DNA of 39,182 bases from Craspedostauros australis (lineage: Eukaryota). A program made the position numbers and the translations under genes. Below are positions 1 through 12,100 of the stretch, in pieces. The notes beneath the pieces were generated by a model, which had not been told where the DNA came from, did not search any database, and saw only the letters and a list, made by a program, of their open reading frames with translations. The stretch is taken from positions 1-39,182 of the forward strand of contig JALAGF010004261.1 of assembly GCA_030167865.1 (NCBI GenBank). The letters run 5' to 3'. How positions within the stretch are numbered: the first letter of the stretch is position 1; every line of letters begins with the position of its first letter.

Positions 1-12
1 AAAGTTATCATC

Positions 13-726
13 ATGACACCAACACCAACATCAACAAGACCAAGCGTCGCAACAATGACAATGATGAGCCAAGCAATCCAACCAAAGAAGAGCGACATGG
101 ACATCAGAAATCAACCGCAGGACAGAGCGATCTCAAACTAGAAAGCAACAGCAGCAATCCTGTCTGCACTCACAAGAACAGAGGAGTCAACGAACACCAG
201 CACATCGACAGTCGGCGAACCAACGATGCCACTGTCCACAAGACAAATGAACCTCCCAGCACACGACACATGCACAAACACACAGAGAAATGCGCACATC
301 AACGAGCAAAGCCAGAGCACAACCAAGATGACAACGAAGCGCTCCATGCTCTCGCCTCCACCACCACCACGCAAGAGGAGCTGGAAGAGAGTCAAGGTCC
401 ACCACACTGGGGCTGACGATGTGAGCTGCAGCCAACAGAGCATCAGCAGCTTCCCCTCGTGGAGACAGCAGTTGGAGAATGTGATCGTCCGCCCTCTCGC
501 AAGCAAGTTCGTCATCCCAGACCTCCCGGACACCCCAGCTGGCAGCAGCAACACCAACCTGCCGGCCTGTCTTTCGAAGTTCTGACGCAGCGGCGCCGTC
601 CTTCCTCTGCGTCGGTTGGGGCTGCTGCTCCCATTCCTCAAGGAAGACCCTGTCTCTCCCATCTCTATCATGGACATCACTAGAGAGCAGGTGTACGACA
701 GCATACCTACCTTTGACCTCTTCTAA
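13..726 (+). pseudogene. Probable pseudogene of a low-complexity hypothetical protein (may begin before the window)
   Basis: Frame +1 reads as continuous protein-like sequence (MTPTPT...SPPPPPRKRSWKRV...FVIPDLPDTP...DPVSPISIMDITREQVYDSIPTFDLF) up to TAA 724-726. It is broken only by TAG 139-141 and TGA 583-585, each one C->T change from CAG/CGA. Confidence 0.45.
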
Positions 727-1236
727 GAGAGAGAGAGAGAGAGAGACAACCACGGACAAGGCAGAGCAGAGCTATCCCTGACATGGCTCTCAGCGCGACA
801 CAATGCCTGCCAACGTCCACTGTATCATACCCAAACACGTACTTGCCATCACGGATGCAGCAGTTGCGGACCACAGGTGCGAGTACCGAGATAATCCGCA
901 ACGGCGCACACCGTAGCATGCCATGCCACACTTACACATTCATAGCAGTAACGACAGCACGACGACAGGGGCACTTGGAAAGAGAGAGAGAGAGACATAG
1001 ACATGACCCTTGTACCATACGACCTACAGTAAAGATGATAAATGCCATACATAGCCGCACCGGTACAGTAAACCTGCGATGACGTCGTGCAACGAAGCGA
1101 ACGGTTGCCACACACTGGACTGACCGATCCATTCCTTCATTGACTGATTGATACAATGACTGGCGCCTCGGCTGATCAATCGTTCCAAAGAGGCTGGTTC
1201 CTTCCAACCATTTACATCCATTGACACAAACAATGG

Positions 1237-2030
1237 ATGCGGTGTGCGTCACGCGGAGTCACATCCTTTCCGCTCTCTCTGCCTCTCCTCGGTAAAGTGG
1301 AGCACTTTATCCGTAAAGTGATCCAATGCAGCAACGTCCCGGACACGAACAACAGTAACAACCAAAACAACACCGATGACGATGGCAGCAATGGCGAACT
1401 ACTTTTCGCGATGATAAAGATGACCGAGTGACAAAGAGTCTTGCGAATACTCGCAGTACCGCGATCTACTATACTAGTCGTATGCTCTATGCAGTCGGAC
1501 GCACTTCGCCCTGGCTGCGTCATGCTCTACTCGTACGCGTACGTACGTACAAACTTTCCCATGATCTGCAAGCTCCTGCATTGGTTCTTGGTTGGGCATT
1601 GCAAGGTGTTATCCTGTGGAACCGCTCGGACGGCAGGAGCTTCGCCACACGAGATCTCTGGCGAGCTATTATACCCCTGCGAGAGAGACGTCATTGCCGT
1701 TGGCGCGCACACCCACTCACACGAACCTCCTTTCGCCCAGCCCCGACAGATGGAGGATCTGGAGCAGCTGCAACTGCGCGAGCCTTTTATGTCTGCGAAT
1801 GCAAGTATGAGTTGGTAATTGGGAACATGAATGATGCGGATCTTGCGGCCCTCCCAGTTGGTCGTGGATGCAATGGAATCATAGCAGAGCAGCCGAGTGT
1901 GGTGGCTCGGACTGCGCTCAAGTCCTCCGTTCGCACGAGCTTGTTGCACCTTGCCCACCTCGCAGTTCGTTTGCCTGCTGTTCAGTGTCGTGGGAGCCGC
2001 GGCAATTTTAGAAAGAGCCCCTCGGAATGA
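1237..2030 (+). pseudogene. Possible decayed gene fragment of unknown family
   Basis: ORFs 1237-1431 and 1441-1818 share a frame, separated by one TGA (1429-1431; CGA->TGA plausible). Globular-looking sequence seems to continue in another frame after ~1790 (FYVCECKYELVIGNMNDADLAAL). No family recognised. Confidence 0.25.
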
Positions 2031-2699
2031 CGTTCCCAACAAGCCTGATAGGTTGTCACGTTCTTGGACATGATGACGTAGGGTGACACGTGCGCGAGCT
2101 CTGAACTCTCTTCGAGCTCTGATGTGCATGCCATATACTGAGTACATTGGTATGATACTGCAGATTCGATGTGATATCATTCATATAGAGCATCCAACTC
2201 ATCCCACACAGTCAGTCTATCTTCAATAGTGAATCGGGTTCTCCACTATTCTCCTATGCGTGTTCATATGACGAAGTAGACTACAATACATAGACGTGTC
2301 AATACACACAGCGTGCTGCTCATCGTGCACTCCTACCTTTGACAGACTCAACTGAAAGACAATGCATCACTCTGCACCATACTATAATTGTTGATGGTAT
2401 CCATGTTGGCATCTGCTTCCTGCTCGTGCCATCCTCGTTGTCTCCTCATGCTTCGTCATGCAGAGCCTGCTAGTTGTTGCTCCCTTGCTCTCCCCTCTGC
2501 TCCTCCACACATTCGTACTCGCGGTTGCGCCAATGCCCGTGTCTGTGGTCCAGTACTTGTCCGCATACTCTTGCAATTCATCACACTTCATTTTCCTCCA
2601 TCCAATTCATCAGTAAGCCACATGTGAAGCAGATGTTCCACTAACATTGTTGTGCTGCTGTCTACTGTACCTATCATGGTCCTGCATGCCACTTGTGGA

Positions 2700-3374
2700 T
2701 TGCGATATCATTTTCTTTGTCCTTGTATGCTGCAACTTCAGCACCGGTGCAAGAAAGACCATCTCTTGGATTGTAGTCGTTGCTGTGTTTCCGTATCGGG
2801 CCGGAGGGTCTTCACCCACAACGCACCATCGCTCACATGAGGTTAAGTGAACAAAGAACCACTTCTCATTCAAGTAGACAATATCATCCAAGCTCTGGAG
2901 CAACCCATCATCAGCCATGTGATTGATACAGAAGCGAAGGCTATCGGCCTTGTGCTTCTCCAAGAGTCCGAATATGTTTTTGATGCAGTGCTTTGTTGCG
3001 ATTCGCATTTCGTGTAGCATAGTTGGCAGCACGCCAAGGGCAGCAGCAGCTGTACAAAGGGTTGCAGCGTCATTGCGGTTAAGATGTCATAGACGTTCTT
3101 TCAGGTCCTCTCTGTCCCATTTGCGCACACCATGACATGCATGATACTGTGGCAGCAAGCTCCAAGATGATTGGAAGTTGCTGGCCACAGCCTTTCTAAC
3201 ATTGATCATGATTCTCTGGATTGTGGTGCGATGAACGTTGTAGCGTGCTGCCAGATGATCGAGCACCCTGCCCTTGCAACGGCTGTCAACTTGCAACAGC
3301 AACAGCGTCACCAAGATCTGAATCTGTTGGTCTGTAGATAAGTGTTTCTTCTTTTTGCGTTCTGTTGATTCCAT
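2700..3374 (-). mobile_element. Degenerate, truncated Tc1/mariner (plant/stramenopile DD39D-like) transposase
   Basis: HTH-like N-terminus (KKKHLSTDQQIQILVTLL...LAARYNVHRTTIQRI), then ATLCTAAAALGVLPTMLHE, LLEKHKADSLRFCI, DDIVYLNEKWFF (cf. 'VHIDEKWF'), GEDPPAR and EMVFLAPV (cf. 'KVMFLAAV'). Stop at 3087-3089 plus a frameshift; first catalytic Asp reads Asn; C-terminal half not seen. Confidence 0.85.
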
Positions 3375-3523
3375 TGTCTAGATGACACTTGTGACAACAC
3401 ATACATGAAGGGGTCTCATTCAAAGCTACACACTGAGGAATTGGCAAGGTGCATCACAGAGACATTGATAACAACATGTCAAAACAAAACGAGCAAATTC
3501 CAGCATGCAACGCACAGCCTTCA

Positions 3524-4240
3524 CTAATTTATGCATACAAGAGCGTTGGGCGAATGCAACTGGAATGTGGCAAGCCCTGTAAGATTGAGAGCACCTTGAT
3601 AGTGGCAGTAGGTATTCCTGCATCCTGATGCAGCGCAGATTAAAATGCTGTAGTTGCGATCATGATACACAGCAGGGCACTCCCAAAAGTGATGACTTGT
3701 AGACCATGACGAGCTACACCTTTGTCTATGCCCAAGGCTCGCATCGACCCACATGATCACCACGAACAGAAAGTAAAAATGGACAAAGGTCTGATACTGA
3801 GATGGAGGTATCTCCTTGAGCAACTCAGAGAAATGGCGTCATATGATGACACAGTATTGCGACATCGTGCAGACAACAAGGAGTCTGTTGATGACATGTT
3901 CGCGAGCCAGTGGCACTCAGGAAGAGGTATTGAGAATAACAGGAACATAGTTTACCGCAGCTTCCAATATAACCCTTTACTATTAAGTACAGTCCCAGCC
4001 CATGTTCCACAGAAAGCTTGTACAAACAGAGGAGTACTATTCAACTATGCTTTGTCTCTTTCCATCTCACAGAAAGGGCACCATGATCACTATCGCCACC
4101 TTCTGTGGCCCAGCCGGATCTTGGCGTTTCGCTCCCCTCTTGGAGTATTGCAATAGTTCAAGAACTGCTGCTTCATCCTCCTTGTGGCTCACAGGCATAG
4201 TGTACTGGAGAGGGATCCTCTGTGCAGAGAACAAAGAGAA
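3524..4240 (-). pseudogene. Stop-riddled relic of a possible armadillo-repeat-like gene
   Basis: Minus-strand ORFs 4067-4303 and 3524-3823 share a frame. Reading through stops gives EDEAAVLELLQY...VCTSFLWNMGWDCT***RVILEAAVNYVPVIL, resembling the ARM consensus 'ACxALWNL...IxEAGGVPxL'. Confidence 0.35.
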
Positions 4241-5185
4241 GCGATGGCGATATCGGAAATGGGAGGGGGTGTGCAGAGCAACAAGAAAACAGCGAAGCCA
4301 CAAAGACCACAGCCAGAGCAGACTCCCAAAGTGGATGGTACCAACACCAAGTTCAACTTGAGAGAGGAGGCCCAGGAGAGGGAATGGAACTCACATCAGC
4401 ACTGCACTGTCCACGACGAGCACCAACACCGCACCAATGATGCAGAACCAACACAACAGGTATGGTAGGTCCCTCGACAAAAAGCAAGGCAACAACTTGC
4501 GAAGTGAGGTGGCGTATGTAACCAAGGACGGGTGTGGCCTGTGGTATGCTGCCTCCTCTCTCTCTTTCTGTGCTTCACTGTGCTGTTTTGAGGAGCTCTG
4601 TGTTGCCCTGTGCAGCACTCTGATGTTGCTGGTTCGTCATTGCGATCACAATGAATCATAATACAAATGGTGCGCTCGAATAGCTTGCCCACCCGCTCTC
4701 TCCTTTTTTGCTCCAAACTGGATGGAATGTTGTGGCGGAAAGTACGAAAAGGCCCCTCCCGCACGTGGTTGGAGTGAGAGGATGCGAAAAGGTTGGGCAG
4801 GCTGGTCTTGCATAAGTTTGGTTTGTTGTGGTACATAGGGACGGAGGATATCGCTGGCGACGTTTCACTCTGGGTTTGCGTTGGAAGCGTCCAACGTTCA
4901 CGTAAAGCCCCTCACAATTGTAGGCCTTCGAAACATCAGCCCCATCTGCTTTGTGACAACCCTCCTGACATGTCGAGTACCTCCCAATCATCAGCCATGG
5001 TAATTTTTTGTTGAGAAGCAGATGGAGTCAGCAACCGACTGGCAAGGAAGCAGGAAGGAAGGAGGGGGAAGGAGACAAAGCGCACAGAACAACGCGAACA
5101 ATGATCGAGTTGCTCGGGTTGTCAAACTTGCAAACGCCCACAGAAGACGTTCCGTGCCAGTGACGCACATTCCTTCTGTTTCTAT

Positions 5186-5210
5186 GTTGTTGTTGTTGTT
5201 GTTGTTGTTG
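5186..5210 (+). repeat. (TTG)n microsatellite
   Basis: Tandem GTT/TTG run seen directly. Confidence 0.9.
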
Positions 5211-5731
5211 CTGCTGCTACTGTGCGTGGTGTGTGTGTTGTCAGTGGCAACATCCACCATTTGTGGCGATGGAGCGAGAAAGTTGGAGTTGCGCCTTCTT
5301 CGTTCCCATTGCGGAAAGATGACAGATGGCACGATTCTTGGGGGTGATGATGGAACCTCGATGAACAAAGTGGCCACCTCTGAGGAGAGTGGAATGCTCT
5401 GTCGTACTTGGCTCCCTGGTATTGCACCCACGCCAAGAGACGGGCCGATTGCACGAGAGAGGCAGGAATGAGAAATAGGATTGGTTTCTCTCTTGTCGGA
5501 GCGCAATCGTGCTTGATGATACAACCATAAATGGTATGCCCCAAGGACACAACTCTATCATCCAGACACCTACATGCACATGGAATGTGCGTGCAACTTG
5601 TGGAACGTAAGTCTCGTGGTCTGAGGAGGATGAATCCCAACTGCACATGCATACGTATGTGTGTGGGAGTTGTGTGCAATGGATGATTTGTCATACGCGG
5701 TTTGCAAATTCGTCTCTCACTCCCACAATTC

Positions 5732-5732
5732 C

Positions 5733-5827
<95 letters not shown>
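5732..5827 (+). repeat. Perfect (CAA)32 microsatellite
   Basis: 96 bp uninterrupted CAA tract. Confidence 0.98.
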
Positions 5828-5829
<2 letters not shown>

Positions 5830-5859
5830 TCACTCTTGCCATCACCATCACCGACAACA

Positions 5860-7000
5860 AGAATGACAACATCAACAGCATGCATTCACAGCAACAACCA
5901 AGACAACCCAAGGAAGCTTCCCATTCTATCAATGACAACAGCAATGGCAACAGCAGTAGCACCACCAGTGCAGGACAGTATCACCATCTGCTGGCACAGG
6001 GACTACCAACATCACAATCACAAGGCAGGGCATCTGCACAGGCACTCTCAGGGCATCACCACTACTCTACGTTCAGAGGTTTCCAAGCAACAAGACAAAG
6101 AGCATGCTGAATCCCATCACACCATGCGACGACAGCTACTGCAGCAACAGCAGCATCAAGACCAGCATCACCATGAACTGAATGACTCTGCTCACAAATG
6201 CGCATTGGGTGGGGTTGCCACCAAAGAGGAAACACCTGTCCGATCTGGACGATCCATCATGTGTGATCTGCTGCGAACTCAAGGCCAGCCTGTGCATTTC
6301 ATCAATCGTTGCATTCGATGAGGACGACTGCAGCGCCAGCGACCCCTTTGCTTCTGCAGAGGTGCGCTCATTCCATTGTCGCTGTCTTGCAAGCAGAGAT
6401 GGGGCCACAAATGGATGTGCAGGTCAGCACATGAGCAACCACAGCCACAGCTACTCTCATAACTTCCATCCACACACATTCCCACCAGCAGAGAGTGAGG
6501 GCCCATCAAGGCACAATCCAGCTGCAACCACACACAACAACACAAGCACGAGCACCATGGACGAACATGTGCACACAGAGATCGTTGAGACCATGAGCAG
6601 GGCCCCAACACGCAATGGCAACTGCAATCAGCAGCAGCCACAGCCCAAGTGCAAACAATCAAACCCGTTCCAGGCTCTCAAACAGCGACCAATGTCCATG
6701 CCACGCCCATTGCCCCATGTAAACAGGCTCTCCTTTTGGCCCATCCAGAGTCAAGACTCGGATTCAACTCTGTCTGTGTTTTTGCTACTGCCCCTCTGCT
6801 GCCTCCTGCAGCTCGACAGGTAGACAGCTATGCACCTACACAGCTCTATGGAAATGCCGGCATCGCGCCAGTGTATCAGCCTGGAGAGCAAGCCATCTAC
6901 AAGGACTATCACAAGCACGAATACCTCCACGGACCTCATTTTCCATGTTTCGCATCAACTATCTTTGCCACTACATGGAGTAGTTCTGCTGTGATCGGTG
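5860..7000 (+). pseudogene. Frameshifted RING-finger (RING-H2-like) gene relic
   Basis: SCVICCEL (~6257), then LLLQRCAH and FHCRCLAS in two different frames around 6350-6395. A frameshifted CP-C-x-PI-like segment lies near 6692-6715, after a Q/H/T-rich insert. Boundaries approximate. Confidence 0.45.
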
Positions 7001-7806
7001 ATCATTCAATCTGCAGGCCAAGCAAGCCTCGGCGATGGTGGTGATGGTGTCGGTGTTGATACACATTGGTGGCAGCACAAGCTCCTCCCTTCGCGGAAAC
7101 AGACCGGAGTGAAGCAGAATTAACGGATGGCATCATCACACGATGAAGCGAACGTTGAAGTCCATGCTGTTGCAAACTTCTCATCAAGGATGCTCCACAT
7201 GAATCTTCACATGAACGAGCAAACCTACTCTCTGCCACCAAATGCAAATACACAACCAAAGACACGCCAATGCACCCATGCGAGCACACAAGCCATGCCA
7301 AGCCCCACGGACAACGAAACATCGACTTCGCTTCAGAGCAAGGGCAGATTGGCTTGCATCGAAGTGTACTCACATGAAACACGACACACGTCACCTTGGC
7401 AACAGCAGAAGAAGAAGAAGAAGAAGAAAAAGAAGCTGCAGCTGGAGTACTGCATACATGGAAAGGCGCAACCATACCATCCTCACGGACAGCGCAATGG
7501 CGGAATCACTTGGACCATGATCATGACATGTCTTCGATGGATGACAACATCAACGTCAAGGCTGGCAAACAACACGAACTCATGAACCATGGAATTGTTC
7601 GCACACACGTCATCAATTGGTTCCATGGATTCACTCATCCCTCGATCGTCGTCATCGGCATCACCGTTCGTCATTCCTGTCATGCGCACTCAGTGTCGCT
7701 CGTGGTTCTGTTTCTCGCATGCGCGATGCAATGGAGTACTCGTGACATGTTCGTTTGCTCGCAATAGTCTGACACTTTCGAATACAGAATTGGTGGGACA
7801 AGCGCT

Positions 7807-7829
7807 GAGAGAGAGAGAGAGAGAGAGAG
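7807..7829 (+). repeat. (GA)n microsatellite
   Basis: Tandem GA run; similar runs at ~727-746, ~24771-24792 and ~35487-35512. Confidence 0.9.
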
Positions 7830-9180
7830 TGGAGAGAGGGAACAAGCCCTTGCCGCACACATGCATTCCCACGAACCTCCTCTTCCACCCATACTGATGA
7901 TTAGATGTATGATAGCAGAGCCGGGCGCTCTCGTTGCTGCTCGCACCAGTGTTGCGGTTCCACATCTTCGAAACGAAAACGTGGACGCGGACAGCCACAG
8001 AGTCACACGCAGCGAGACGCGCAGATCGGAATGATGTTGCCACGGGCAAGCAGAAGAATCACAACAGTCACAACCAGCACCACAACTCACGCCACCCTTC
8101 ACCTTCAACAGCAACAGCAACGTCACCGCCGCAAGTGAAGAAGGTGTGAAGAAAGTGATGAGATGTTGCAGTTGCGAACGTGGCCAACGTCGCAGCGCAT
8201 CGAGTCGCTCATTTTCTCGCTGCCTGTTTCGCTTGATGTTGTTTTCATTGATACGCCTCCGCGAATCTCCAAACGCGAACGACGAGTACCGCGGAAAAGA
8301 AGGAGGAGTTGAACCAACAGACATCGCCATGAATTCGAACATTCGTTCGCCATGTCCGTTGCGTTGGACGTTTGATAATTGTGGTTGTTCCCGTCCAAAC
8401 GTGTACCGTGGAAGCCAAAAAGAGCTCGATTAGTTTCTTTATGACATGATCGATTCGCGAGGTCGATAGAGGAGCTCGTGTTCATTCTTTGGCGATGACA
8501 CAAATCCGTGATTGAAGAATGAGCATACCCGGGATTGAATGGGAATTGTGTCTGACTGAAGTGACATCCCAGTCACGACCCAATCACGCAGAGAGGCGAG
8601 ACACGAACTGCGCGACCAAATTCAACGGTTGCGATCGCTGCCATTCGCGTGGGGTGCGTGATCTGTCAAGGCATGACGTGATGTGACCAAAGAAACAACA
8701 TGGAAGAAGGTGCTGTGCGAACAACGAGAATGGGAACGAGAACAGAATCCAGCGATTTCAATCAAAGCACGACACCAAGAACAGAGATTCTTGCGCATGT
8801 AACCTTCTTGCTTGGGACACACGAAGGGGCTCACATCATACTCGCACCCCTCTCTTGGAAGATATCACACGACTACTCTCCACCTTATCGCAGTGCTCTT
8901 CGTGTTGGTACCAATACGATCCCCTCCACTCTCTCGTATCTTGGATGACACAGGAAGCGAGGAGCTGTTTCGACTTCATTTGAGGTCTTGATCGCGGAGG
9001 CGCTGAAGCAAGAACCAACCGCACGACCCAAAGAAGCACCAACAGAAGGTTTGAGAAAGTCAATTGCATCAATTGCACCAATCACATCCTTTGTGCCCAT
9101 CGCACCCCACCCATCGTTCTCATCGTTCTCATTGCAATCAACTCCATGAACGAAAAGGAGAGTGGTGAAGTGAGGACCTC

Positions 9181-12100
9181 ATGAAACTCTCATTCCTGTC
9201 GCGATTGCGTCCGCACAAACGATCTGCCAAGCAACAGCAGCAACAACAACAGGAAGAACATCAGGATCAGCTGGGAGCACCTCAAGCAACGTACGAAGGA
9301 GTCGAACGAAGAGGACGATCTCCGCGCAAGCCGACCACAAGCAGCAAAGAAGGCAAACAGGACAAAGAGCAATCGCTGCAAGCTCCGACAGACAGCGAGA
9401 CTCAGAGCAGCGGCAAGTCCAGAAGCAAGAGTCTCACCAGAACGAGGAGCAAAAGCAGGAGCAAAGGAAGCGGCAGCGGCAGAATCAAAAGGAGGGGTGA
9501 CCTTGGAAGCAGCGACCACGTCAGTTCGAGCACCAGAACCAGGAGGAGGAGTAAAAGCAAAGGCAGAGTCCGTCGCAACAGCAACAGCAACAGCAACGGC
9601 AACGACAACAACGCTGCCAGCAATACAGGCAACGGCAATACAAGCAAGGGAAGCACAAGGAGAAAGGCCAAGAGCAAGTCTGCTGACTTCGATTCCATCA
9701 GAACGGCTCCAGCGCGGATGGCATCGGAACCCGTGTTGAATACCATTGCTACTCCCCTTCTTGACAACTCCAGAAGGAGCGACGGAAGCTACCTCGACAG
9801 TCAAAGCAACCACACCACCAGCAGTGCCGCCAGCGACACAGGCAACAACGGCAACGGCGGCAAGCCAAAGAACAAGAAAAATAAGAAGCGAAACTCCAAG
9901 AGGAAGCAGAAACGTGCCCTCGAACGCAGAGCTGCCGCGGAGCGAAACCTACAATTGCAAATGTTGAACCGAGGCAACCGTTCCTTCGTCGCGGACGACG
10001 GCGATGACATGCCGACAGACCCGCTGCAGGGTGCCAAGATATACGTCCTCCCGGTCTACAGCGAACAGGACCTTGCCGGCAGCACCCACACCAACAACCT
10101 GAATTCGGAGATTGTGGAGATCGACAACGCCGCGGATCACATCGAGGTGTCCTACATCGAGAAGCTATCGCATGACAAGGTGGGGCATGATGTCGCGTCC
10201 TTCATCTCCTCGCTTGGCGGATCCGTCGCCAATTCATTGAACGACGCCACGCACGCCGTGTGGCCACCGCCCGTCACCAATGATCCGACGGTCCGCAACA
10301 CCTACTCCTCGCTGCACCTTCAAACGACCTGGGCGCAGGCCGAATCGAATCAGGTTCCGATCCTCGATGCCGGCACGTGGTTGGAAGCCGTGGCGTGTCT
10401 GCGTGTTGGACAGCATTGGTCGGAGATCGATGTGTCGAAGCATGTTCCGGCCGTCTTTCGCACCTTCATGCCACCACCGCCGACAACAACAACAACAACA
10501 CATGCGGCATCGTCTCTCAATATGCAACGATCGTCCTTCGCGGAGTCTGCCATGTCTGCCGCGATCTCTCCCATGCCAGTGTCCATGCCGATGGAACCTA
10601 CTGCTGTCTACGAACAAGGGCACAAGCAGGCGCGTCTTCCGACCTCCCTATTCGGCATCGGACTTCCATCCAACAACAATAATCACACCAACAACAGCAA
10701 CAAACGCAATGCCAGCAGCCGCAATAATGCCAGCAACCGCAACAATGCTGGCGGCGACCAACAGCCGAGGAGATGGTTCCAAGGCTGGCAAAAACCACGC
10801 ATGAAGCATCGCAGGGACAACAACGAGGCGGAGCAGATGCAGATGAATCACTCCATCAACCAGACCTTCTCCTACCTTGCCCAATCCCATCCGGAGCAGT
10901 GCGAAGAGGAGGCCTTGAAACGGGCCATGGAGCTGTCGCTGTTGGATTGTGCGTTGGTGGTGCGACGTCCCGGTTCTACCCAAGCTCCGTGGATGTCCGG
11001 TTCCGCATCGAGGCAGTCTGCCACTCACAATGCCAGCACCGGCTCAAGGTATCCAGCGGCATCGGCACCAGGAAAGTCCAACACAGGGGCCAACGGCCGA
11101 ACTGGAAAGTCGCCTCAGGAGATCTTGGGTCTGCCCACGAAATCCCACACCTTCCCCACGTTGGAGGAATGCAAGGCAGCGTACCGCAAGCTGGCGCGCG
11201 TGCACCATCCCGACAAGGGTGGGTCAGCAGACACATTCTTCAACATCGCCAAGGCCTACCGCACGTTGCTTGCCCAGATTGCGGAACAGGCCGAGGCCGC
11301 ATCCGCCACCAGCAAGTCCAACGGCAACAGCAACTGGAACGATCCGGCCACCATGCCGGACAAGCTCGCGCTCAAGAGCACGTCCCATTGGGATTCGGAG
11401 CTGCAGGATCATCGCAGGCTCGTGGAGGAGCTCTTCACCAGCCACGGCACCAACCTCAACGACACGCTCGACACGCAGGGCGACATCCTGCACAACGTCC
11501 TGTACCTCATGGCCTACGATGCCGGATCTACAAACCACAACGAAGAAGAGGAGCTCATCCACAACTCCTGCTTCTACCTCTCCCTCGCCGCCAGCTACCT
11601 CCATGGCATCGGCGCCCTCCTCGCAGATGGTAGCGCAAGTGCCAAGGACTCTCCCGATGAATTGCGCACGGCCTACACTGCGGACACGCACGATGGCTCG
11701 CTGTCCGACGCCTCCGGCGCGCCACCCAAATTCGATGACGAGGATCTGTACCTCATTCGTGCGACGGCGTTGCAGCTGAAGCGCGTCATCGAAGCCGCTG
11801 TCGTGCGAGCGCATCCCGAATGGGCGGCCGCCGGCAAGGTCGGCGAGGAGGTGCAGGCCTTTTCCGACTTCCTCGTCTACCTCCTGGATTCGCCCGATAC
11901 GCTGCTCAGCGATTGGGCCGTCGTCGTCTTTGATACGGTGTCCGGCATTTGCGACGTCTACCAAGGCAAGTTCTTCAAGGAGCAGTCGCCGGAGTGGCAG
12001 TCCACCAACACCATCACCATCCAGTATTTGCCGGGGCACTACCAACCCCTGGTGCCAATGTCAAGAAGCATCGATGGTCGCCCAGGTAGTGCCGAACAGC

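Noticed and set aside
3977-3985. Alternative genetic code (TAA/TAG read as Gln) to explain the in-frame stops
   Set aside because: Intact genes in the window end with TAG (12183, 14621, 37613) and TAA (18945), and their long ORFs have no internal TAR codons.
5647-6321. Poly-T, poly-N, poly-V and poly-L ORFs
   Set aside because: These come from the (CAA)32 microsatellite being open in all frames.
9190-12045. Antisense and alternate-frame ORFs over the long genes (also within 22660-24181 and 25794-29077)
   Set aside because: Shadow ORFs caused by GC-rich codon bias and repeats; no motifs seen.
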